A DNA stretch of 32,000 nucleotides from Candidatus Cloacimonadales bacterium (GCA_963667035.1 OY762964.1:2786097-2818096); one strand, 5' to 3'; positions 1 to 10,700 are shown, counted from the first letter of the stretch. Numbers and translations: made by a program. The notes: generated from the letters alone by a model not told the origin.

Positions 1-1535
1 TATTCGGAAGAATTACTAGGCTGAACCGGAATTCCAAAAACTGCCAGAATCCCATCACCAAGATATGCTTCCAGCAAACCCTTATTACCTGTAATAAACT
101 CACTCATAACAGTGAAATATGCGTTTAAATTCTCCACCAATTTCTTAGGATTGGTTTTCTCTGCAATACTAGTGAAATCATATATATCACTAAACATTAC
201 CGCAGCTTCTACTTCTTCTCCCCCTAAATCAATAAGGTTAGGATTCTTCTCAAGCTCTTTCAGAATCTCTTTACTTATATATCGACTGAACATGTTCCTG
301 ATTCTAAGTCTTTCGTTGTACTCTTTAGCAAAAGAGAGAAATATGTAGCTGAGAGTATAGCAAAGGTAGGTGAAAATAACTAGCATAATAGGCATAACAA
401 GACAAAGCTTAATCCATATTAGATAAAAAATAGCTATAGTCAAAAGAGTAATACTTATGCTTATGAATAAAGTCTTAACAAAACCTTCACGATTAGTTAT
501 AAAGACAAGAGCAAAGAGGAATAAAGACGTTAAAATTACTGTCAGAAATGGAGACAGAAATCTCACGTGGTCATTAGTGATTAGGTTAGTATATAACGTT
601 GCCCAAGCCTCAATTCCAGGTCTCTGAGAACCTACAGGTGTATGTTTGATATTATTTAAACCGTCTGCTGTTGCACCAATCATTACAATAGCATCTTTAA
701 AATAACCGGAGGGGATTGTTGCCTCTCCTCCATATTTCATAGCAATTGAACTTTGTAAAACAGCTTTTATAGGACAGTAAATAAACTCTTCATTGTACCA
801 ATTAAGATGATACAATCCGTCCGTTAGGGGAATTGCCATGATTTGGTCTACTCCAATCTGATTCTCTACTAACTTTATCGGATAAGATGGTATCATGTAA
901 CTTTGCCCACCACTTTTTAAAACGTTATACACAGGTATTTTACGCAAGATTCCGTCCTCATCACTTTGAACATTGATTGCTACCGTACCTGTAACTGCAT
1001 TATAAAGAGTATCTGTCGGCATGTTCACACTATAGAATTCAGGATAGTTGTTTAGATTACTTTCAATCTTGCTGTATTGATCTAGAGGTGCTTCTGTTTC
1101 TTTCTCCTCTTTTGATAACTGAGTTGCAATATATACATTACCATGTTTGCGTATGGAATTTGCGAGAATACTGTCATATTCACCTCCGACAGCTTCCGAA
1201 GATTCTCTGCTTCTATCATGGAATAGAATATCAAATAGAATAGCTTTGCTTCCTTCAGTAGTAAGATAATCAACTATGTGAGCATAGAAATCTCTAGGCC
1301 ATGGATACGAATATCCGGTGTTTTTTCTTACATAATCCAGACTGCTGTTGTCGATTGTAGCAATAATCACTTTTGATGAGTCCGGTATGTTATGATGTCT
1401 CATTCTCTGAAGTAAATCAGCTTCAGAGTTTTTTATGGAATTGTTTAATCCAAATCCGAAAAGGAGTAATAAAACTCCAATAGTTATCTGTAACGCTCTA
1501 ACGTTTATGTGCTTTATCTTAGTTTTTTCCACCAT
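1..1535 (-). CDS. CHASE2 sensor domain / class III adenylate-guanylate cyclase, partial (C-terminus lies beyond window start)
   Basis: Absent from the ORF track because it runs off the edge. Manual minus-strand translation from ATG (1535..1533) gives 511 uninterrupted codons: MVEKTKIKHINVRALQITIGVLLLLFGF (TM), a periplasmic CHASE2-like region (VIIATIDNSSLDY..YPWPRDFYAHIVDYL..AILFDILFHD..IMIGATADGL), 3 TM helices, then the start of the cyclase core (EAAVMFSDIYDFTSIAE..GDGILAVFGIP). Confidence 0.8.
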   Translation of the reverse strand, partial: MVEKTKIKHINVRALQITIGVLLLLFGFGLNNSIKNSEADLLQRMRHHNIPDSSKVIIATIDNSSLDYVRKNTGYSYPWPRDFYAHIVDYLTTEGSKAILFDILFHDRSRESSEAVGGEYDSILANSIRKHGNVYIATQLSKEEKETEAPLDQYSKIESNLNNYPEFYSVNMPTDTLYNAVTGTVAINVQSDEDGILRKIPVYNVLKSGGQSYMIPSYPIKLVENQIGVDQIMAIPLTDGLYHLNWYNEEFIYCPIKAVLQSSIAMKYGGEATIPSGYFKDAIVMIGATADGLNNIKHTPVGSQRPGIEAWATLYTNLITNDHVRFLSPFLTVILTSLFLFALVFITNREGFVKTLFISISITLLTIAIFYLIWIKLCLVMPIMLVIFTYLCYTLSYIFLSFAKEYNERLRIRNMFSRYISKEILKELEKNPNLIDLGGEEVEAAVMFSDIYDFTSIAEKTNPKKLVENLNAYFTVMSEFITGNKGLLEAYLGDGILAVFGIPVQPSNSSE

Positions 1536-1695
1536 AACTACTCAATAAATGACTCACATTTAAATGGCAATCTTTTTTAGTTAAGTTGATGATATTATAT
1601 TATGTAATCCCAGTAGTATTTTTTAGGTAAAGTTTTGACTGTCCTAGGGTGGATACTTTTAAGGGTGACTTGCAAAAGAATTCTTCCGTTTTTGT

Positions 1696-1857
1696 CTCGT
1701 GATTCTCTCATGACTAACAAACAAATAATTAATATTAATAGGTCACTTTCATCTTACTAAATTTTCACTTCTCAAGTGGGTGTTGAGTAAGTGTTGAGTA
1801 AGTGTTAAGTGGGGATTATGTAAATATTATGCGTTCGTTGGTCATGAGAGTGACGAG
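1696..1857. repeat. Long-range inverted repeat (14 bp + 5 bp arms) enclosing about 118 bp that contains the 11-bp tandem repeat
   Basis: 1705..1718 (ctctcatgactaac) is complementary to 1837..1850 (gttggtcatgagag; one G-T position). 1696..1700 (ctcgt) is complementary to 1853..1857 (acgag). Confidence 0.7.
1780..1813. repeat. 11-bp tandem repeat (gtgttgagtaa x2 plus partial copy), flanked by aagtggg on both sides
   Basis: Direct reading: 1780..1790 and 1791..1801 are identical and 1802..1809 is a partial copy. aagtggg occurs at 1774..1780 and 1807..1813. Confidence 0.9.
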
Positions 1858-1953
1858 GGAGTGGAGAGATAAATATTGAAATCCGTTATTCTAGATTTCG
1901 GGTTAGTCTGAATCCATGATGTAGAAGTTAATGATGTTTACTCACTATAAAGT

Positions 1954-1990
1954 AAAACCGCTCCTAAATTAGGAACGGTTTTTTATTTAA
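1954..1990 (-). terminator. Rho-independent terminator candidate downstream of the CPBP gene (possibly bidirectional)
   Basis: Hairpin aaaaccgctcc / ggaacggtttt with a 7-nt loop, flanked by T/A runs. On the minus-strand RNA the single imperfect position is a G-U wobble; on the plus strand it is a C-A mismatch. It lies about 25 bp past the stop at 2014. Confidence 0.55.
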
Positions 1991-2013
1991 GGTTAACAAT
2001 ATGTAATCAACTA

Positions 2014-5000
2014 TTACTTGCTTTTATCTATTAATTTGCTCAATCCAAAAGTTGCCAAGATTACAGCGATAGCACCTAGTAAGAAATACATTTTTGCACC
2101 AACAAAACTATCACTCATAGACATTTTCAGTACTTTAAATGTAACATAAAGTCCAGCTATCCAGATTAAAGATAATCTATTTGTAGCGACTAGTTTCTTA
2201 ACAAATATATGAACAATAACTGTCATAACAACTGTTACAACAAGCCAAGTTATGATTTGTGTGGAATCTAGGTACAAGAAAGTCGATTTCATTGATAGTG
2301 ATGCTGTCAAAAGAAGCAACATTATAAACATTAGAATATTTCTTTTCTTAAAGCCATCCGTAATTTTGTCGATAACAATAAAAACCGGCATAATGAGTGT
2401 TAATGAACGCACAAACATCTTTAATGAATCTATTATCGCTCCAATAATTGGTACACTATTTACCATTACCGATGAATCAGGAATAGAGGCAGTAATCTTA
2501 GGTAATAGTTCCATTACAAGCAGATAGAATCCTATTGCAATGAAACCTATACTGATACTGTTTAATAATGTACCGGAAACATTTTTATCCTTAGCATAGT
2601 AAGCCATAACGATACTAACAAAGAAACCGACGACAACAGTTATTAGGATTGTTACGAGAATGCTCATTACATTTTGGTTACCAAGGGGTTGTGAAGTTGA
2701 ATAACCCATTTTCATATTACTGTATTCCAATCCAAAACCAATGAAAAATATAATTAATATGAGAATGAGCAGTATAAAAAATACTTTCATATTCAACAGC
2801 TTCTTGGTCCAGGCAATGATGATAACAATTAATGCTCCTAAGTACGGTAGCATTGTGACAATGTCAAGGATGCTGAAGATTGCTTCTCTAGTTCTATAGC
2901 TATTCCAAAACCTTAAAGACTCTTTTTCGGGAAGCTTAATTCCCTTGTAAATAGTGCTTAGCTCATCTCCTGCAAACCCGATTCCATAGTTTATATAGTT
3001 ATCCCCTAAGCTATAATTCACAGTATCTTTGTACGTAAAATACCAGTCTGTTCTATTATCTCTAAGAGAAGGAATAGCTTTTACAAGAGTTAAGTCATTG
3101 AAGTCAATCTGATGAATCTTCTCCAATTGTTCTTTTGCTAGTACAGTAGCTTCAGGTTCCGTTAAGTTTACTCCTTCACTCTCTTCATGAAAATCATGCC
3201 TATAGTTTTGTAGCATTCCATCTTTAGTGTAGGTAACCGAGAATTCTTCTGCTCTTTCTTGTAGGTCTCCTTGGAATTTTGCAAAACGAACAGCAATAGC
3301 ATTACATTTTACAAAATTGTCAGAGAGATTGTTAAAGTTTTCTTCACCAAGAAAATGCCAAATCTGACTAACAACAATTTTATGCCCATTTTGAGCTTCC
3401 GTCATTACCTCGTACTGATCAAGATCTTCTACACCTAATGATTCAATGAATTCAGTTGCTTTAGCAATTGCCTCTTCATTCGTAATTTCAAGTTTGGACG
3501 CATTGTAGTTAACCCTGAAGAATAACAATGCCAGAATCAATCCTACTATACCAAGAATTGGGATTATCTTTCCAAGTTGTTTTGAATTATCATTCCGGAC
3601 TACAGATTTACTTATGGTAGATACTTTTTTTATCTCCGGTTGCCAGTCTTCATTGTAAGATCCTGATAAATCGTCTTGGCACTTTCTCTCCCTTACTCTT
3701 CTGTAGACAAGAATTAGAATCGGGAAAAGCATTACAAGTACAAATAGTACTTTATTACCAATCATCTCATTTGATTCAACCATCCAGATAGGAAGCCCCA
3801 TTAAAACAGCATCAAATACAAAATGAATCATCACACCTGTTATAAGACCGAATCTAACATAAGCTACTGCAAAAACAAGTGACGGGAGAATTAGCTCAAT
3901 TACTCTTGCATAAGATGGTTGAGCAGCGTAATTAGCGTGTCCCATACCGAAAATTATGACTTGTACTATCATTCCTATCCAAAAGAAAAGCTTCTCTTTG
4001 CCAAGTTTTCTACCTATTAAGACAGCACCGGCAATCGGAATTGCTCTAAATAGACATTCTTCCCAAAATCCGGCATGTAATGCCCTTGCAATAGATCCCA
4101 ACCAAGGAAATGATGTTGCTAATGTGTTTGGATCTACACTAAGAGATGAAGAATTCCACCAACCAAAGTACTTGGTAGTAATCATATAAAAAACAAGTAT
4201 ATATGTTAAAGAAATGGGTACCCATAGATAACCACCTATTGTATTGCCTAGCAACTTCTTTGAGTTAGCTACCCCGGGGCTCCAGCTCTTCCATAACTGA
4301 GTATGTTTACCAAAAGCTTTCCTTGTGAAACCTTCAGCAACCATAAAAGACGCAGAAAGTATAATCGTATTTGAGAAAAAATTGACAAGTGAAGATGAAA
4401 CATAACCGAAAATATGCTCATTGACAGATGATGATGTTTGATACCATAACCAGGAAAGGGATAAGTCATTAAAAGATGCAATAAACTCTAGCAGAGCAAC
4501 AAGTATACCCCAAAATAAAGCTCTCTTCCAGAGTAACCATTTGATTTTAATAAGAAAAAAAGCCCCTACAACTATTCCCAGTGCTCCGTATAAAATTATC
4601 ATAAGCACAGAACCAACTCCGGCAATTGTGTTATTAGCAGAGCGCATCTCGGAATATCTTCTTTGGAAAGCTTCAGGCGTCTTAAGCGAATGGTATAATC
4701 CGGTAAACTTATTGCCTCTAACAGATAGATTTATTCGGAACTTAGCTTTTGCTATTTTCTTGTCTGTTCTTTCGAAAATGAAAGTGTAATCTTTTCTACC
4801 TTTAGGAGTAGTAACTAATTTAGTATCATTTAGTTTATATGGTGTGAAATCAATCCCCCAGTCAGTTTCAGCTCTTGTTTTTGCTAGCTCTAAAGCTTCC
4901 TCAGAGGTTAGATTCGGTAGTTCAAGATCTTCAGGAAGCTTTATGTCAAAACCATAAGGTTCTCCTGTTGGTTTGAAATAAGTATCGGATTCGAGTATCT

Positions 5001-5328
5001 CTCCCGGTTTATAACTTCTTACCTTCCATATATAATAAGAGTAGAAGTCACTTTTTAACAGCTCATTAAAGGCTTCCTTACCCCCTCCTTCTAACTCAAT
5101 ATAAGTTTGACCGCTAGAACCTCCGAACATAGCAACTTGCCTGAAATCATCTAATCCCCAGTCGTATTTTACAGATAACTCTTTCGTCTTTTCGAATGCC
5201 TCTTCTCTGTTCATCGTAATATCAATATTAATAAATGACATTACTTTAGGGAAATAGTTAACAATAAAAAAAAGAGATGAGATTGAAATAAGTGTAAACA
5301 CTATCCAAAACCACATTTTCTTGAACAT
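2014..5328 (-). CDS. Giant polytopic CPBP-family (CAAX/Abi-type) intramembrane glutamic protease with PepSY-like ectodomains
   Basis: 1104-aa ORF with GGAGG 4 nt upstream of the ATG. CPBP motifs: FWEECLFRAIP, FGMGHANY, HFVFDAVL (nt about 3799..4077). More than 20 predicted TM helices. Four ectodomain modules begin with the xxEEAxxxAK signature. Confidence 0.8.
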   Translation of the reverse strand: MFKKMWFWIVFTLISISSLFFIVNYFPKVMSFINIDITMNREEAFEKTKELSVKYDWGLDDFRQVAMFGGSSGQTYIELEGGGKEAFNELLKSDFYSYYIWKVRSYKPGEILESDTYFKPTGEPYGFDIKLPEDLELPNLTSEEALELAKTRAETDWGIDFTPYKLNDTKLVTTPKGRKDYTFIFERTDKKIAKAKFRINLSVRGNKFTGLYHSLKTPEAFQRRYSEMRSANNTIAGVGSVLMIILYGALGIVVGAFFLIKIKWLLWKRALFWGILVALLEFIASFNDLSLSWLWYQTSSSVNEHIFGYVSSSLVNFFSNTIILSASFMVAEGFTRKAFGKHTQLWKSWSPGVANSKKLLGNTIGGYLWVPISLTYILVFYMITTKYFGWWNSSSLSVDPNTLATSFPWLGSIARALHAGFWEECLFRAIPIAGAVLIGRKLGKEKLFFWIGMIVQVIIFGMGHANYAAQPSYARVIELILPSLVFAVAYVRFGLITGVMIHFVFDAVLMGLPIWMVESNEMIGNKVLFVLVMLFPILILVYRRVRERKCQDDLSGSYNEDWQPEIKKVSTISKSVVRNDNSKQLGKIIPILGIVGLILALLFFRVNYNASKLEITNEEAIAKATEFIESLGVEDLDQYEVMTEAQNGHKIVVSQIWHFLGEENFNNLSDNFVKCNAIAVRFAKFQGDLQERAEEFSVTYTKDGMLQNYRHDFHEESEGVNLTEPEATVLAKEQLEKIHQIDFNDLTLVKAIPSLRDNRTDWYFTYKDTVNYSLGDNYINYGIGFAGDELSTIYKGIKLPEKESLRFWNSYRTREAIFSILDIVTMLPYLGALIVIIIAWTKKLLNMKVFFILLILILIIFFIGFGLEYSNMKMGYSTSQPLGNQNVMSILVTILITVVVGFFVSIVMAYYAKDKNVSGTLLNSISIGFIAIGFYLLVMELLPKITASIPDSSVMVNSVPIIGAIIDSLKMFVRSLTLIMPVFIVIDKITDGFKKRNILMFIMLLLLTASLSMKSTFLYLDSTQIITWLVVTVVMTVIVHIFVKKLVATNRLSLIWIAGLYVTFKVLKMSMSDSFVGAKMYFLLGAIAVILATFGLSKLIDKSK

Positions 5329-5544
5329 TATACCTCCGATTAGTTTTGCTAGTCACATAAAACCATAAATAAACCTTTTCATGTTCATCTTTTCTGATTA
5401 AGTTTTTAGTAATCAAGCTTTTTCTACAAATCGTTAGCATTTTAACGAGGTGATGCTTGATTTTGCTACTTAGCTGTTAAGAAAAGACTTTGACAAAAGA
5501 ACTAGTAGTTTACAATAGAAATTGAAACTCGTTCCGGAGGAAAA

Positions 5545-6216
5545 ATGAAACGTTTGTTAATGATTATAACAGTATTGTATTTAATGTTATCAGGCTGTAC
5601 TGAAGACATAGATAAGATTGACTATACTATGCTTGAAGATGAAATATTCTTTCAACTTGATGAGATTTACAAGAATCCAGAATTGGAGAAAAATATTCCT
5701 AATGATAATTTCGAACATCTCTTAAGTCAGAAAAGAGTAAAACTGTTTTCAAAAAGATTTGAAGCACTCCAAAAAGCAAACAACAAAATTGGTGCATTTT
5801 ACGAGGAATACTACTACAATAGATTTGGTGAACTATTCGGAAATAACTATCCTTTAGAAAGCTATGAGCTGAAATCCTTTGTGAGACTTAGGGAATCAGA
5901 ACTTGGTTTGGCTGAATATGATAATGTTACTGAAGCAGTAGTTGCAGAAGAAACAAAGAAAGACTTCGAGACAGGACATGCAGAGTATAGGCTCGAGACT
6001 AATGATGAATATGTTGTTTACATGACTACTGACGATAATACTGTTTTTAGAGATGATGAAAACTATTATTATACCGGACACATATATTTTGGTGGAATAC
6101 CTAATCCGGTAGGCATGAGAGTAAGAATTCACTATAACAACATATCTGTGTATGACGAAGACAATGAAAAAGTAATCAAAGCATTATTAATAGAGCAACT
6201 TGACCCTAAAAAATAG
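5545..6216 (+). CDS. Hypothetical lipoprotein
   Basis: 223-aa ORF with GGAGG (5536..5540) upstream of the ATG. The N-terminus MKRLLMIITVLYLMLSGC carries a lipobox (LSGC). No domain recognised. Confidence 0.6.
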   Translation: MKRLLMIITVLYLMLSGCTEDIDKIDYTMLEDEIFFQLDEIYKNPELEKNIPNDNFEHLLSQKRVKLFSKRFEALQKANNKIGAFYEEYYYNRFGELFGNNYPLESYELKSFVRLRESELGLAEYDNVTEAVVAEETKKDFETGHAEYRLETNDEYVVYMTTDDNTVFRDDENYYYTGHIYFGGIPNPVGMRVRIHYNNISVYDEDNEKVIKALLIEQLDPKK

Positions 6217-6238
6217 CTACAAGTCAATTAGGTTATTT

Positions 6239-7702
6239 TTACTCTTTAAAAACTGCTTTCAATTCAGGATTGTTAGGATCAATAGCCTTTGCTATTTTCC
6301 AATTATCGTAGGCTTTTTTACTATCTCCCATTCTGTAGTATATGGAACCTAACTTGATATAGGCTAGAGCCATATTGGGTGCTAAACGGATTGCTGCCTT
6401 GCACTCTAGAACAGCTTCTTCAAGCTTGCTTTGATAGTAGTATTTAGTTGCTTTAGTTATATGAATCAAAGCTTCATTTAAGTCCTTGTAATCCTTTAGC
6501 TCAAGCCGAACTGCATCAAGCTCTTTTGATTTTCTTAAATACTCATCCGTTGAAATGCCTGTAAACACTTTAAGTGTGTCTACGACATAAATAGTATCTT
6601 TGATAATCTTCTCAACTTCAATATAAAGAGTGTCCATTGAAACCGGTTGCATTGACTCAACAACCTTCATAGGTTCTCTGATAATTTCTCTTTGAACTCT
6701 TGGAGGTATATGAGATGCAAGTTTATATTCCTCTGTTGTTGAATTACCGAGTTTAACTTCAAGTCCAATGAAGTGATTGCCATATGGAATCTCTAAATCA
6801 GAAAAGAGGGGGTAACTAAAGCCGTAATCAAGAGAAAGGTCTATTGATTTGGTATTTATCATTTCTCTATTGTTTAACGGATTTCTATACTTCTGAATAT
6901 ACTCTTTCCGTAGAACTAATAGACCTAATCCAAAACTCATTTCATTGTTATTTACACCACTTCTAAAAGCTAGATTTTCAGTAAGTCTATATTCTGTGCC
7001 TAATGAATACGTAAAATCATTGAAGTCTTTTTCCTTGTAGCTGTTGTACGTTACATCAGAGGCTATTAACCATTGAGGAATAATGTTATACGTTGCACCT
7101 AATCCAAACTCTCTTGGCAGGGCATCATCTGCCTCTATTGCTAACTTTGTTTGAAATATATTCCTACTAACAAATCCCATTTGAAAACCGGTTGAGACCA
7201 GATATGCTACCCCGAAGTCCATATCAATAGCGGATTTACTTGTGTCATTGTTCACAAAGAAAGGATCATTAGCTGTATATTCATTTGTTCCGTAGTCGAT
7301 GTTATATAGATTAAGTCCAAAACCAGCTTTCAGTTTGTCACCAAATAGATACGAACCAGCATGAAGGCCTACATGGATTTCGTTATATAAATCCGATTGG
7401 AAAATAGATGAACTGAATGCCGTACTGAATTGATTGCCAATAGGGATTGTTAGAATAACAGCATTGTAATCCAAATTGTCGTTTTCGATACCATAAAGAT
7501 ATGCTCTATTATCTGTTAATAGCGAGAAGTCACTCAAATGAGCCAGTAAAGCAGGATTATAGACAGAAGCAGAACCATCATAGGATTGAGAGATTCCTGT
7601 TTTTCCCATAGAAAAATTTCTTATTCCGGCTTTCTCAAAAGTATAAGCTATTAGGTTAGAAATGATAAACAAAGCAGAAATTATTATTACTATTCTTTTC
7701 AT
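6239..7702 (-). CDS. Outer-membrane beta-barrel protein (PorV/PorQ-like, T9SS-associated family) fused to C-terminal TPR repeats
   Basis: The ORF track starts it at 7723. I prefer ATG 7702 (MKRIVIIISALF signal peptide), which is preceded by GGGAGGAAGTG. The N-terminal motif IRNFSMGKTGISQSYDGSASVYNPALLA resembles the R..MG..G....D....NPA signature of PorV/PorQ-type barrels. About 320 aa follow with alternating beta-strand character. The TPR-like tail is YYYQSKLEEAVLECKAAIRLAPNMALAYIKLGSIYYRMGDSKKAYDNWKIAKAIDPNN. Confidence 0.5.
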   Translation of the reverse strand: MKRIVIIISALFIISNLIAYTFEKAGIRNFSMGKTGISQSYDGSASVYNPALLAHLSDFSLLTDNRAYLYGIENDNLDYNAVILTIPIGNQFSTAFSSSIFQSDLYNEIHVGLHAGSYLFGDKLKAGFGLNLYNIDYGTNEYTANDPFFVNNDTSKSAIDMDFGVAYLVSTGFQMGFVSRNIFQTKLAIEADDALPREFGLGATYNIIPQWLIASDVTYNSYKEKDFNDFTYSLGTEYRLTENLAFRSGVNNNEMSFGLGLLVLRKEYIQKYRNPLNNREMINTKSIDLSLDYGFSYPLFSDLEIPYGNHFIGLEVKLGNSTTEEYKLASHIPPRVQREIIREPMKVVESMQPVSMDTLYIEVEKIIKDTIYVVDTLKVFTGISTDEYLRKSKELDAVRLELKDYKDLNEALIHITKATKYYYQSKLEEAVLECKAAIRLAPNMALAYIKLGSIYYRMGDSKKAYDNWKIAKAIDPNNPELKAVFKE

Positions 7703-7712
7703 CACTTCCTCC

Positions 7713-10700
7713 CTACTTTGCAACCGTTATTGTGTTTAGATGAACTTTGCCATTAACTTTTACCTGACACAGATAGATTCCCGGAGAAACTAATTTCCCA
7801 CTTTGATTTACTCCTTCCCAAACTGCTGATTTGCAGTTATAAGTCTGATTAGTTTCAGGATTTATATAATTGTATGTGCTACAGGATAACTTCTTAACCT
7901 TCTTACCACTACGATTAAAAACTATACAATCAACCTTATCATTCTGAGAATCAACCGGGATTATTATGCGAGCCTGATCGTTGTAACCATCCCAATTAGG
8001 AGTTATTATATCCGGTATTACTGTTACTCTATCAATATCAGTATTTTTAAAAATGTTTATCGAGAACTGAGCCTCAGCTCCTAATGGTTCAGGCTTTGAT
8101 TTATCATGGGCCGCAATATCAATACTTAATTGTTGTCCCTCATAGTAATAGTTATCAATTATATAAGTTAACAGATAGCCTAAAGAATCAGGATTTGAAT
8201 TATAAGTAGAATTATCAAGATTAAAACTGTTTATGTCTCGGTTGTTAATTTTAAGACTAATCGAGGTTGAGTCTATTCCAGTTCCTTTATCTAGGATAGC
8301 TATTTCTAAAGACTCATTAATCTTAATTTCGCTTTCAGGATATTTAAGTATAAAATATGGTTCAAACTCATCCTCTATTAAGTTAAAACTATACTTATCT
8401 TCAAGAAGATTACCTATATTATCAGCAATAGAATATGAGACTTCAACGGTTTCAGCCCCATTCAAATCATCTGTAATATAGCGTATTTTACACCCATTGT
8501 CTGATAACTCTGTATAAAAATCAAAAATCGGTGTACTATTGATGTTGAAGGAAATGTTGTTTGGATTAACACCGGAAAGGTCATCGTAAAAGTGGAGATA
8601 TATAAGAGAGAAAGGATATCCAAACTCTCCTTCGGCAGGATTAGACATTACAAGATAAGGAGGATCAATATCATTGATTGTAGTAAAGTGGTAATTAATG
8701 CTAGCTTCATTATGATTTGAAGAGTTGTCTATAGCATAAATCTGAATATTGACTGTCTGATTATAATTGAATTTTGATTCCGGTGTGTAGAGAATGGAGT
8801 AACCTGTTGCTTCATTTTCTATAACTTCCTCAATCAGATAATCCTCAATCTGTTGATTATTGATATTAAATAGGATGGAGTTTGGATTTACTCCTGTTTC
8901 TGTATCCATGATTCTGAAAGATATAGAAGTATCAATAGGTATTCCAATGCTTTGTTGAGCAGGATTAAAGCTTTCAAAATACGGTGGAATCATATCATCA
9001 TCTGCAACTACAAAACTAAAATTATAATTAGAGAGTGAATTAGGTATCGGAGCAAGGTCGGAAACAGAAACAACTATTGTGACAGTTTCACCATATTCAT
9101 ACGGCTCATGATTCCATGTAATCCTATAATTACTTTCATTTTCTATTTGCTCTGTTACAGGTATAATCTCAACGTTATTCTCATGAATAACTAAAGAATT
9201 AATATCCACACCTAATCCTGAATCATGAATCTCAAATGACACATTCTCTGTTGCCGGAACTCCAATATCATTATTCTCCGGATGTAAGTTGCTAAGAAAC
9301 GGTGGTTCAATATCAGGTATTACTCTAAAAGAGTATGAAGTATCCATAGAATTGGGAACAGAAGCCAAGTCTTCACAAATAACTCTTACTGTAACCCATT
9401 GGTTGAAATCAAAATTGACACTTGATGTGTATAGAACATCGACTTGCTCTATGGTTTCATTAACTATTATGTACTCGGTAATATCATTTTCATTTATATA
9501 TAATCTAACGGATTTAGGATTGACACCGGTTAACTCGTCTTTCAAAGATAAGGTAATATCTGTATTAGGCAATACGTTTAACTCTTGGTCTGCCGGTGAT
9601 GTTGAAGAAATGTATGGTGTTCCCAAATCTTGAATACAGGTAAAAGTGTATTCTTCCATATTCATAACATTTGCAGGTATATTATAATCTGATGCATTAA
9701 TTTGTACTGTGACAATATTGCTATAATAGTTCTCAGGAGTATGAGAGATTCTATATCCATTTGTGATTTCATCTACCTTTGTTGAGTTCAATCCAATAAT
9801 CTCTACTCCATTAATTCTAATAGAGACGGTTTCTAAATCAATTCCTGAAAGAGTATCAATAATATCTACACTAAATGATGTGTTTTCAGGATTGTCCATA
9901 CTGAACTTCTCCGGATGATGATTCATAGTATAAGGAGGTTCCAGATCAGCTTCTACAGTAAATACGGAAAGAGTATCGATTGAATTTTTTAATGCAGACC
10001 TGTCTTCAATATAAAAGTGTATTAAATGTTCTCCAATCTCAAATATATTATCTGGCATTGGATTCCATGATAATCTTATTCCTTTATCACTCTGAATAGG
10101 TATTATCTCAGTTTCATTGATAATTGAATTGTTATCAAGCTCTAGGATTAGGGAATCTATATTCAAGCCTGATTCATAATCGACAATCTCTATGGTGACG
10201 GGATGATTTCTTGCAATTACTTCCTCATAGGTTGGATCAATATACAAAATAACTGGAGATGAAATATCCTCTAAACATTGAAAAGAGTAAGCAAAAGTAC
10301 TCATAGCATTCGGACTTTCAGCAAAATCAGAAGCACTAATTAAAACATTTACCGTTTGTTCATAAGCGAAGTTTGCTGAGGGATTGATTTCGATAAAGTA
10401 ATCGTTAGGAGTTCCATAATAAGAAAATTCAGAATCATCCTGAGTATAAATATTCCCATCAATATTGACTTTGATAGTAGATAAATCTACTCCTTCACCT
10501 AAATCTAAAATATGGAATGATATATTTGTATCTACACTTACGTCAGTATCTCCCGGAGCCGGATTCCATGTACTAGTATAAGGAGGATCCGTATCCTGAC
10601 GAGTAAAAAAACGATAAGCTGTTGTAGGAATTGTGAAGCCATCATTATCATTCGCTACAACAGAGACATCAATAACTTGATTGTAACCAAAGAATTCTTC

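Noticed and set aside
1780-1813. CRISPR-like array.
   Set aside because: The units are 11 bp and directly abutting with no spacers, and no cas genes are present.
5490-5516. TTGACA ... TACAAT promoter-like pair upstream of the lipoprotein gene.
   Set aside because: The spacer is only 15 nt, which is suboptimal. It is not reported as a feature.
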